From NCBI GenBank assembly GCA_022821275.1, contig JAJEDY010000095.1, forward strand, positions 2,700 to 66,699: 64,000 nucleotides of DNA, given 5' to 3'. This stretch comes from Candidatus Latescibacterota bacterium. Its GTDB lineage: Bacteria > Latescibacterota > UBA2968. Positions within the stretch are counted from its first letter, which is position 1. Each line of letters starts with the position of its first letter. The notes below the pieces were generated by a model. The model was not told the DNA's origin. It made no database searches and worked only from the letters and a program-made list of their open reading frames with translations. The translations under genes were made by a program, and so were the position numbers. Of the stretch, positions 1 to 8,724 are shown piece by piece.

Positions 1-1158
1 TCTGTGCTGATGAACAGAGGTCGGTCAACAAAGGACCGGAATATAGGCAGCGTGAGTTCCGTTAGAATAACGGCGACCAGTAGCGCAAGCAGGGCCAATA
101 GCAGGGACTCCCCTAAAAATTGTCTGATTAGTTGGCCCCGGTTTGCTCCTACAACTTTTCGCAGTGCAACCTCTCTGTTTCGGCTGATCGATAGGGCTGT
201 GGACAGATTCACGAAATTCATTGCGGCAATGATGAGAATAAGGATCCCGATGAGCGAGGCTTGTTCCACGGTTTTCAGGCTCCCATACGGCCGCTTGATG
301 ATATAACTGAATGTCTGTTTGAGGATGCCAAATCGGTCTCCTGAGTGGAGGTAAATGTCGTTCACACGCTGAAGATGATAGGCATTGGTCCTCGCGATCT
401 CCTCGCCCATATGTCTCAGCATTGCGTCATTCAGCTTTGCTTCCAGGCTCTTTAAAGAGGCCGTTTCGGAAAGGCGCAAATAGATCTCGACACGGGCGGC
501 GCCTCGTGGAAGCCACGTATCCCAGTATCTGAACTCATTCCTCAGACTTTGCGGAGAGATGAGAAAATCAAAAAAGATCGTAGATGTATGCGGGATATCC
601 TCCAGAACACCTGCCACACGGTATTCTCCTCCGAATAAGTAATTTTCTACTGAAAGGACCTGACCGATTGGGTTCTCGCTTCCAAAGAATTTTTGAGCTG
701 CGGATTGCGTTACCAGGATTGATCCCGGCTCCATGAGTACCCACTGAGCTTGTCCCCCGGTATGTACGGGAAAGTGAAACATCTCCATAAGCCCTTCATC
801 GGCCAGACAGAAGATCTGCTCGAACACTCTGTCTTGATATTTTATCCAGGCGTCACGACGATGCAGACGGACTACTTGATTTACTTCCGGCATTTCTTCC
901 CGAATAACCTGACCAAGCGCGCCAGACAGTCGCTCTGAATATGTGGATTGACCCTGATCGGATCGCGTCTCTCGCAAGACCCGGTAGAGCAGATGAGAAT
1001 CTTTGTGAAAGCGGTCATAACTAAACTCGTGCCGGACAAAGAGCGCGATAAGCATCACAGTGGTCATTCCTATGGCAAGTCCCGCGATATTCAGTACAAC
1101 ATATTGCTTGTTTTTCAGCATGTATCGAATCAAGACTGCGATATAGTTCTTCAGCATG
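1..1158 (-). CDS. ABC-transporter permease, MacB/FtsX duplicated type (3' part cut by window edge)
   Basis: Absent from the ORF track because it runs off the window. The reverse complement from 1158 reads ATG MLKNYIAVLIRYMLKNKQYVVLNIAGLAIGMTTVMLIALFVRHEFSYDRFH..., the same N-terminal layout (MLKNY, TM1, E-x-SYD) as the full-length paralogs at 6308-8710, 8725-11142 and 49792-52218. Confidence 0.8.
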
Positions 1159-1231
1159 AAACGATCTCCGAAAGTCCCGATGGCACAGGGTGTTTCGTTT
1201 CGGGAAACACCTCTTCCAACACTATACCTGA

Positions 1232-3424
1232 TTATTCATACCTTAGAGCTTCCACTGGATTTCTGCGCGCGTTTTTTAAGATGAGAAATCCTACGGTGAT
1301 CCCGGTAATGAACAGGGTTAATAATCCAGTTTCTGCGAAGATGGTGATTTCCGCCTGTGTTCGATAGGCAAATGATTCTAACCATTGGTGAATGCCCCAG
1401 TAGGCGATGGGGAGAGCAATCGCATTTGCTATAATGACCAGGAGCAAAAATTCTTTTAAGAATAGTCGCAAAATATCGTACTCTGATGCGCCTAATACTT
1501 TCCGTATTCCAATTTCTTTTGTGCGTCGCTCGACCATGAATGAGACCAGTCCAAGGAGCCCCAGGCAAGAGATGAGAATGGCCAATGCAGAGAATGCACC
1601 GAAAACCTGGCTCAACTGAATTTCTTTCGCATAGTTTGTGCGGTCCAGTTTTTCGTCTAAAAATGCATAAGTAAAAGGTCGTTCGGGTAATAGTTCATTC
1701 CACATTTGTCCGATAAATTGAAGGGTTTCACGCATATTTTGAGGGGCAATTTTGAGATACAGAAATTTTATCGAACCCTGTCGAAAGACCAGGGGCGGGA
1801 TTTGATGATGCAGGCTCCCCAAATGAAAGTCACCGATTACGCCCACAATTACACCGTCTATTCTGCCTGCACGGCCAAATCGCTTGCCGATAGGTTGATC
1901 CCAGCCTATCATTTTCACGGCGGTTTCATTCAGCAAATATTTGACTGGTGAATCCCTATCTTGATAGCGATCCCCTATGAATAAGTTCCGGCCTTGAACG
2001 ACATCTACTCCAAAGAAGTCAACATACGATTCGTCTATGTCAAATTCTCCAAATCGCCATTCTTCTGACAAGCCTTCAGCCTGATATACATTTAAGGGCG
2101 CAGGACGATCCTGTGGAAACCGCATCGCCGTGGCTGATAGGACATTTGGGTGCTGCAAAAAGATCTGTTTCACTTCCCGATAGCGAGCCACTAAATTCCT
2201 GCCCTGGACATCTCGCGCTTTCCAGAATATATCTAATTCAATTATCTGTTCTTTCGAAAATCCAAGGTCTTTTCCCTGCATATATTTGAGTTGCTTGTGA
2301 ACGATAAAGGTAAATGCGATTAGAATTGCTGCCATTCCAAATTGAAAGATCACAAGCCCTTGCCGAAGTCTGGATTTTTGATTTAGTCCAGCCGGGGATT
2401 TTCCCGAAAGTACCTGGATGGGTTGAAAGGCGGACAGGTAAAACGCCGGGATGCTACCAGCTATGATACCTATTATCAATACGACCACAGGTCCGATGAC
2501 ATAGGGGATTGGATTGTGTTGTGGGTTCAGGGTGAGGTCTTCGGCAACAAAGGCATTAAACCCGGGCAGTATCAGTTCAATTAAAACAAGGGCAATGATA
2601 CTGCCTGCCAATGTTAAGAGCATGATTTCAAAAAAAAACTGGCGTATTAATACCCCTCGATGCGCGCCTACTACTTTTCGGACGCCTACTTCGGTTGCCC
2701 GAGAAATCGCTCGCGATGTCGTCAGATTGATAAAATTAACGCAGGCTATAACGAGGACGATCAGGGCAATAATGGATAGCAGGTAAATTTGATTGATATC
2801 GCCATAGGCCGGTCTGCCTGCGTCTTGCGAGAGGTAGTCGCGCATGCCAAAATCCTGTGCTGAATACAGGTGCATCCTGTTCATGGTCTGCAAGTGATAG
2901 GCATTGTTTTCTGCAACTGTATCGCCCATGTAGCGCTTCATAATTTCTGCAAGTTGCATTTGAAACACTACTGGGTCTGCCTTTTCACGTAACAAAACAT
3001 AGGTTTCAATAGCGCGATACTGTGACATAGGGCGCCACTCTGTCCAATACCAGAGAAAATTAGGTATGATGCGCGAGACGTGCGTCGTGAGCAGTTCAAA
3101 ATGCAATGAACTATTCGTGGGGGGATCTGAGACAATGCCCGTTATGGTGTAGATGGTGCCATCTCTGTCGCCATCTACCCGAAGTTGTTTGCCGATGGGA
3201 TCAACCCTGCCGAAGATTCTGGTTGCTGCCGATGCTGTCAAAACCGCTGTGCCCGCACCTTGTAAGGCTGTTTCTGGATCTCCTTTGAGAAATGGGATGG
3301 TGAACACATTTAAAATTTCAGGGTCGGCAATACAATATTGGAGATCGAACAGTGTGTCTTCATAACGAACAAATGTTTTAAACCAAAAGGTTCGGATGGC
3401 GATCGTTAAATAGTTTTTGAGCAT
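1232..3424 (-). CDS. MacB/FtsX-type permease paralog with in-frame loss of TM1 (possibly non-functional)
   Basis: 730 aa with two FtsX-type C-terminal TM bundles (RTKEIGIRKVLGAS; EVGVRKVVGAH). The N-terminus MLKNYLTIAIRTFWFKTFVRYEDTLFD jumps directly from the MLKNY...AIR leader to the segment aligned with aa ~103 of the 806-aa paralog (YAIRTYFRESDAWIRYKDKIHRQ). Confidence 0.75.
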   Translation of the reverse strand: MLKNYLTIAIRTFWFKTFVRYEDTLFDLQYCIADPEILNVFTIPFLKGDPETALQGAGTAVLTASAATRIFGRVDPIGKQLRVDGDRDGTIYTITGIVSDPPTNSSLHFELLTTHVSRIIPNFLWYWTEWRPMSQYRAIETYVLLREKADPVVFQMQLAEIMKRYMGDTVAENNAYHLQTMNRMHLYSAQDFGMRDYLSQDAGRPAYGDINQIYLLSIIALIVLVIACVNFINLTTSRAISRATEVGVRKVVGAHRGVLIRQFFFEIMLLTLAGSIIALVLIELILPGFNAFVAEDLTLNPQHNPIPYVIGPVVVLIIGIIAGSIPAFYLSAFQPIQVLSGKSPAGLNQKSRLRQGLVIFQFGMAAILIAFTFIVHKQLKYMQGKDLGFSKEQIIELDIFWKARDVQGRNLVARYREVKQIFLQHPNVLSATAMRFPQDRPAPLNVYQAEGLSEEWRFGEFDIDESYVDFFGVDVVQGRNLFIGDRYQDRDSPVKYLLNETAVKMIGWDQPIGKRFGRAGRIDGVIVGVIGDFHLGSLHHQIPPLVFRQGSIKFLYLKIAPQNMRETLQFIGQMWNELLPERPFTYAFLDEKLDRTNYAKEIQLSQVFGAFSALAILISCLGLLGLVSFMVERRTKEIGIRKVLGASEYDILRLFLKEFLLLVIIANAIALPIAYWGIHQWLESFAYRTQAEITIFAETGLLTLFITGITVGFLILKNARRNPVEALRYE

Positions 3425-3446
3425 TGGCGTTCTTCCGTGAACAAAG

Positions 3447-3941
3447 TCAGGTGCCTTTTGTATTATTTTGTAAAAATGCTTGTACGCTCACATCGGTAAA
3501 GAAGAAGTATTTTAATGTGCCACAGAGCTTGAATCCCAGACTTCTGTATAAGTGCTCACCTATGTCAGTTGCTTGCAAGATGCAATAATTATATCCCAAT
3601 TCTTGCGCGTCGTATATGCATCTTAACATCATCTCCCTACCCATACCGCGATTTCTCAATTCTGGAATGACAGATACAAAATATATCCCTGCCACACCTG
3701 CGGAGAAGAAGATCATAGACGTAGCGACCACCTGGCCATTATGTACGCCAGAATAAAATCTCACTTTTTGTGTAAATAGCCTTTTCAGCCTGCGGTAGCG
3801 GGACTTGATCTTCAAAGTAGTCTTTGCCTCTCCATTTGGCAGCATGTGCATCGCAAGTGGCGACGCCTGCATCTTGAGGCGAATCTTGAAACTGCTTGAT
3901 TTTATTATGACAGTTCGGGATTTGGCTGACGCAAACAGCAC
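3447..3941 (-). CDS. GNAT family N-acetyltransferase
   Basis: Acetyl-CoA binding motif A region VSVIPELRNRGMGREMMLRCIYDAQELGY followed by LYRSLGF. The exact start is uncertain. Confidence 0.7.
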   Translation of the reverse strand: MLFASAKSRTVIIKSSSFKIRLKMQASPLAMHMLPNGEAKTTLKIKSRYRRLKRLFTQKVRFYSGVHNGQVVATSMIFFSAGVAGIYFVSVIPELRNRGMGREMMLRCIYDAQELGYNYCILQATDIGEHLYRSLGFKLCGTLKYFFFTDVSVQAFLQNNTKGT

Positions 3942-3955
3942 TTTAGTAAAGGTTA

Positions 3956-4366
3956 TTAAACCCTTGGTAGAATGAGGAGTCTTCGTTCTGCAATGCGAAA
4001 GGATTGATTGAATTGGAGCAAGCGAGCTGTTGCGCGACCTTTTGGCGTTAGCGGATGAATATTGCCAGGTACTTGCAATTCGAAATGATCATTCCAAATA
4101 TCCTGGCGAGGATTGAACAGCGGGGTGATAATCCCTGTTTGTGGATCAATAGAGGCTATGTCGCTTCCCTTGTATTTATTACATAATGAACAGGAAAGCG
4201 CGAGGTTTTCCGAGATGGTTTGCCCACCGTGTTTCTGGGCGATGATGTGATCAATTTCGTGTGTAGAAAATGAAAATGATTGTGGAATGCGACAGTATTC
4301 GCACAGTTCATTCGCGCGTTCAATGACTTGACTGCGCAGATTGGTGGGAATATATGATGAACTCAT
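3956..4366 (-). CDS. HNH endonuclease (compact, ~136 aa)
   Basis: CEYC...HEIDHIIAQKHGG...NLALSCSLCNKYKG, i.e. Cys pairs plus the H-N-H core. A 4-nt ATGA overlap links it to the upstream small gene. Confidence 0.85.
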   Translation of the reverse strand: MSSSYIPTNLRSQVIERANELCEYCRIPQSFSFSTHEIDHIIAQKHGGQTISENLALSCSLCNKYKGSDIASIDPQTGIITPLFNPRQDIWNDHFELQVPGNIHPLTPKGRATARLLQFNQSFRIAERRLLILPRV

Positions 4367-4713
4367 TTGGTCTTGAGCTTTAAGGCAGCGTTGGCTTTGG
4401 CTAAGCGAACCAGATGTTCCAGGTATTCATATTGCGCCCACTCTCTTTCTTCTTCTGGTTGCAATCCTTCCGTACGATTCTTTTTAAGGAGATCATCAAT
4501 CCGTTTTTGTAATCTATCTGATGGTCGAAGCTTTATAATTTCTTCGGCAGAAGGAAGGGCGATCAGCTTTTCTAATATCTCCGAAGCGTCTTCAAAGGTC
4601 GAATGCGTATTTGCATCAATTTTGCGAAGTCCAAGTTCTATAATTTCGGCGTGATCTTCTCTATCGCGCAACCGCGCGGCTAGATCATCGGGAATATCCA
4701 TCGTGATTTTCAT
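4363..4713 (-). CDS. Small RHH/VapB-like protein, putative partner of the HNH nuclease
   Basis: MKITMDIPDDLAARL... is an N-terminal beta-strand/helix typical of RHH-type antitoxins, followed by a helical charged C-terminus. AAGAGG lies 6 nt upstream of the ATG at 4713. The track ORF starts at a TTG at 4740. Confidence 0.5.
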   Translation of the reverse strand: MKITMDIPDDLAARLRDREDHAEIIELGLRKIDANTHSTFEDASEILEKLIALPSAEEIIKLRPSDRLQKRIDDLLKKNRTEGLQPEEEREWAQYEYLEHLVRLAKANAALKLKTK

Positions 4714-4743
4714 ATAGACCTCTTGATGTTTGCGGCGCAATAC

Positions 4744-4766
4744 GACTATTTTCCTATAAAATAGTC
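4744..4766. promoter_or_regulatory. Perfect 9-bp inverted repeat (GACTATTTT-CCTAT-AAAATAGTC), operator-like
   Basis: Read directly from the sequence, about 30 nt upstream of the start of the small-gene/HNH pair. Confidence 0.4.
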
Positions 4767-4928
4767 AATAATAACCGTTTTTCAAGGCTGAACTTTTTCA
4801 GAACTATTCAAGTTTCGAAGCCATTTGTTTTATGTGTTCCTTTTCCGAAAGTGTCCGATTATCCATTCGCTCGCCGGATGTCTGATAATATCAGAAAAAA
4901 TGGCGACTCTCATGCACAATTCCCTGAG

Positions 4929-5522
4929 TTATTCTCTTATTACTGAAACGCCATCAACTTCGATTTTCTCTCCGGGTTGTCCTATTTCAGTGAAATACTG
5001 TTCATAGAAGTCACTGGGCGATAGACCTGAACGGGTCAACATGTCGTATATCTCTCGGCGACTCAGGTTTGGATCCAGTGTCCATACTCTGTCCTGTACG
5101 CAAGAAACGCCTGTGATCCCACGCAAGGCATCAGCGATTCTTCGACGATGCCACCACGTAAACGGCTCGGGCAACTGATCTGGGCTGAAATAGCCGACAT
5201 CTAAAACCTCTTTCGCTTGAGGTACTGGTTTGTCATTCTTAGGAATGGCTGCGTAAACGATCGCATGATCACCGCCTGAGCGCCAGTTTGGACTTGAGTA
5301 TATACCAACCAGGCGTACGAGATGGATGTCGATTCCCGTCTCTTCTTTGACTTCGCGTACTGCCGCTTGCGCTATTGATTCACCTGAATCGATTGCACCA
5401 CCGGGCAATGCCCAGACCTCGACATCCTTCCGCTTAATGAGCAGGACTTGTCCGTCTGAGACAACGACTGCACTGGCTCCAAAATTTGGCACTGGTTTTT
5501 TCTCCTTTAACATTACAGTCAA
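4929..5522 (-). CDS. NUDIX hydrolase
   Basis: Nudix box GGAIDSGESIAQAAVREVKEETGI. Confidence 0.85.
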   Translation of the reverse strand: MTVMLKEKKPVPNFGASAVVVSDGQVLLIKRKDVEVWALPGGAIDSGESIAQAAVREVKEETGIDIHLVRLVGIYSSPNWRSGGDHAIVYAAIPKNDKPVPQAKEVLDVGYFSPDQLPEPFTWWHRRRIADALRGITGVSCVQDRVWTLDPNLSRREIYDMLTRSGLSPSDFYEQYFTEIGQPGEKIEVDGVSVIRE

Positions 5523-6304
5523 CCACCTACTACCTTATTCTTTCTAAGAATCGGAAATTCGGCACCTTTCATTCCGGTATCTGTCAAATATATAAGGTTG
5601 CAATGATGATACGCACAGATATAGCTTCTACGTGGTTTATCAGATAAATTGGAGCCGCTTCTATGTAAAACATGCGAATGAAAAATGACGACTTCACCTG
5701 CGTGCATTTCGATTGGAACTTGATTTTTTTTATCCACATCGTGTGCCAATCGACCTGCGTAGAATGTTTCCGTCTCTCTCAATAATACATGATCAAGTCG
5801 CCCCCATTTGTGTGAGCCTGGAATCACCCATAGACATCCATTGCGGATAGTAACAACATCAAGAGCAACCCAACAAGTGATGTAATGTTCCGGCTCTGTT
5901 AGACCGTACTGAGCGTCTTGATGCCAATGAAATTCTTTGCCTTGAAACGGAGGTTTATTAGCTATCAAATTCCAATGAAGATCAGCATTGGGCCCAACCA
6001 GTTTCTTACAAGCTTCGACAAAAAGAGGTTGTTTTACGAACTCCGCAAATAAGTCGCTCTTCAAATGAGGATTGCGTTGAAACCACTTGGGATTGTCTGC
6101 GCTGTATTTTTCATATTCCTCCGCCAGCTTATTGAGCCACTCACTCGAGATTTTTTGTTCAACAATGAAAAATCCTCTCTCATCAAAGTCATTAAGATTA
6201 CGGCTGGTTATAATATCCACTTTGCCCTTCCTCAATTTACAGCCTCTTTTCAAAGAACCCGTTGCGTTTTGAGAAGAGGCCAGTAATTTTAACTCGCGAC
6301 GCAT
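5519..6304 (-). CDS. Phytanoyl-CoA dioxygenase (PhyH) family Fe(II)/2OG oxygenase
   Basis: FHWHQDAQYG ... VIFHSHVLHRSGSNLSDKPRRSY is the typical PhyH His/Asp...His...Arg pattern. Confidence 0.8.
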   Translation of the reverse strand: MRRELKLLASSQNATGSLKRGCKLRKGKVDIITSRNLNDFDERGFFIVEQKISSEWLNKLAEEYEKYSADNPKWFQRNPHLKSDLFAEFVKQPLFVEACKKLVGPNADLHWNLIANKPPFQGKEFHWHQDAQYGLTEPEHYITCWVALDVVTIRNGCLWVIPGSHKWGRLDHVLLRETETFYAGRLAHDVDKKNQVPIEMHAGEVVIFHSHVLHRSGSNLSDKPRRSYICAYHHCNLIYLTDTGMKGAEFPILRKNKVVGG

Positions 6305-6307
6305 GAG

Positions 6308-8710
6308 TCATTCGGACTTCAATGCGTCAACGGGATTTAGATAAGCCGCTCGCAATGATTGATAGACGACGGTAATTAGAGCGATGGCAATTACAACACC
6401 GCTTCCTGCAACAAAGGTCTCTATTTTCAAATTGTCACGATATGCAAACTCTTGTAGCCAGTCGTTCATGACATAAAAGGCAACTGGCCAGGCCAAAAGT
6501 GTAGCTATTGACAATAGTTTTAGATATTCTGTCGAAAGGAGACTTGTCACAGAAAATACGGAAGCACCTAATACTTTTCGAATACCTATTTCTTTTGTTC
6601 GTTGTTCCGCGGCAAAGGCAGAAAGTCCCAATAATCCCAGACACGAAATAACGAGTGCTAAGGCAAAAAAGAAATGTAAAAGTTGGGACAGCCGCATCTC
6701 AGAAAGGTAAAGCTGATTTAGACGTTCATCTAAGAAGCTAAATTGAAAAGGGCGGTTTGGTAAAAACCGTTCCCAGGTTGATTGGATAAAGGATAGTGTT
6801 TCTGATATGTTTTGAGGACGAATTCTCAACGAGAGCCACCGAAAACTCGTGGGTTCCTTAATGAGGAATAGGGGCTCAATTTTTTCATATAAAGACTCAA
6901 AATTATAGTCTTTGATAACACCAACCACAGTACCTTGATAACCGCGCCATCCCAATTTGAGTTGTTTCCCGACAGGGGCATCCCAACCCAGTTGCTTTAC
7001 AGCGGTCTCATTGATAAGAAACTCAAATTGAACGTTGTCTGAAACCGCTATATGCGATAAAGGCCGACCAGAAATAATCTCCACACCATAGACATCTACA
7101 TAGTCTTCATCTACACACAGCCTTCGCATACGCAAATTGCTCTGGGAATTATCCTCGGGAAGAATCAGTGACGAGTTATAGGGAATGCTCGGTATGGCTT
7201 CAGATGCAGAAGCAGCAATAATATTGGAATGAGCGCGGAATGCCTGCTTTACTGTTTCGTATTGTGGTATGAGATCGTAGTTCTCATAGAACAGGTGCAT
7301 CGTGATTACGAGGTCCTTATCAAAACCCAGATTTTTATTTTGGACATATTTCAATTGATTGTAGATGGTCAATATTCCGATGATGAGAACAATGGAGATA
7401 CCAAACTGAAAAACCACGAGAATTTTGCGAAGAATGATGCCTCTTGAATCGGTTTTTGATCGTCTTTGCAAAGACTGAATGGGTTGAAAAGCTGAAAGAA
7501 AAAAAGCGGGATAGCTTCCAGCGAGAATACCAGCCCCAAAAGCCACACATATTGTTAATAAAACATCTGATTGATTGAGAATGATATGTTTGCCAGTAAA
7601 GGCATTGGCATAAGGAAGTGCCATCTCTACGCAGCTAAGCGCAAGAATTGACGCTATTATCGAAAGAAATACTGACTCGCCTAAGAAATGTAGAATGAGT
7701 TGATGCCTCTGAGCGCCGACAATTTTACGCATACTTACTTCATGTGCGCGATAGGCAGAGCGCGCAGTAGAGAGGTTCATGAAATTGATGCAGCCAATCA
7801 GGAGAATAAAGATCGAAATGGTTGAAAAGAGGATAATATGAGTTATATCACCTGTCCCGAAGATTCCATAATCGGCTTTGGAATACAAATGTACACGCGA
7901 CAGGGGCTGCAAGTGATATGACACGCGAACGGGCTGATCCCCTGCCTCTTTAGCGACAAGAGATTCAATTTTTTGTTCTAATTCTGTTGATTCTTGTCCC
8001 TTTCCCAGTAAAACATATGTCTGTATTCGTCCCGACCAGGTGCTATTTAACCTGCTGGAGTCCCATATTGATTTCACAAATTCCGTTCTAATTGTCGTGG
8101 TTAAAAATTCAATTTGTAAATGCGTATTCGCAGGCGCGTCTTTTAGCACGCCTGTTACGATATAATCGCCACCAACTTTGCGTTGGTCCTCAACGACAAT
8201 GGTTTTGCCAATCGGATTCTCATCACCGAAATATTTACGCGCAATAGATTGGGTGATAATGACAGAATTAAGTTCATCAAAAACGGTTTCAGGATCTCCC
8301 TGGACTAAAGGGAGAGTAAATACATTAAAAATGTCTGGGTCTGTTACACAAAATCGCTGCCGATGAATTTTGTCTTTGTAGCGAATCCAGGCATCACTTT
8401 CTCGGAAATACGTGCGAATCGCATATTCTACTTCTGGAAAATTGGCCTCCAGGCTCGGAGCTAATTCTCCAGGCGTAAGATCAGTATATTCATTCCCAAC
8501 GCCAGGCGTGCGAATTTCTCGAATAACTCTATAAATTTCATCGTATTTGACATGATGCTGGTCATAGCTCAATTCATCCTGTACAAAAAGATATATCAGG
8601 AGACAGCAAGTTAGACCCATAGCAAGGCCCAGGATATTGATGAGGGTATAATACTTTTGCCTTATAAAGTTACGAAGCGCAATTTTGATATGAAAATTGT
8701 TGAATAACAC
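6308..8710 (-). CDS. ABC-transporter permease, MacB/FtsX duplicated type
   Basis: Two FtsX modules (HEVSMRKIVGAQ; RTKEIGIRKVLGAS) with large periplasmic domains. The preferred start is the GTG at 8710, which has AAAGGAGAAAG just upstream. The track start at 8728 is a GTG overlapping the upstream stop. Confidence 0.85.
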   Translation of the reverse strand: MLFNNFHIKIALRNFIRQKYYTLINILGLAMGLTCCLLIYLFVQDELSYDQHHVKYDEIYRVIREIRTPGVGNEYTDLTPGELAPSLEANFPEVEYAIRTYFRESDAWIRYKDKIHRQRFCVTDPDIFNVFTLPLVQGDPETVFDELNSVIITQSIARKYFGDENPIGKTIVVEDQRKVGGDYIVTGVLKDAPANTHLQIEFLTTTIRTEFVKSIWDSSRLNSTWSGRIQTYVLLGKGQESTELEQKIESLVAKEAGDQPVRVSYHLQPLSRVHLYSKADYGIFGTGDITHIILFSTISIFILLIGCINFMNLSTARSAYRAHEVSMRKIVGAQRHQLILHFLGESVFLSIIASILALSCVEMALPYANAFTGKHIILNQSDVLLTICVAFGAGILAGSYPAFFLSAFQPIQSLQRRSKTDSRGIILRKILVVFQFGISIVLIIGILTIYNQLKYVQNKNLGFDKDLVITMHLFYENYDLIPQYETVKQAFRAHSNIIAASASEAIPSIPYNSSLILPEDNSQSNLRMRRLCVDEDYVDVYGVEIISGRPLSHIAVSDNVQFEFLINETAVKQLGWDAPVGKQLKLGWRGYQGTVVGVIKDYNFESLYEKIEPLFLIKEPTSFRWLSLRIRPQNISETLSFIQSTWERFLPNRPFQFSFLDERLNQLYLSEMRLSQLLHFFFALALVISCLGLLGLSAFAAEQRTKEIGIRKVLGASVFSVTSLLSTEYLKLLSIATLLAWPVAFYVMNDWLQEFAYRDNLKIETFVAGSGVVIAIALITVVYQSLRAAYLNPVDALKSE

Positions 8711-8724
8711 GAGTCTTTCTCCTT

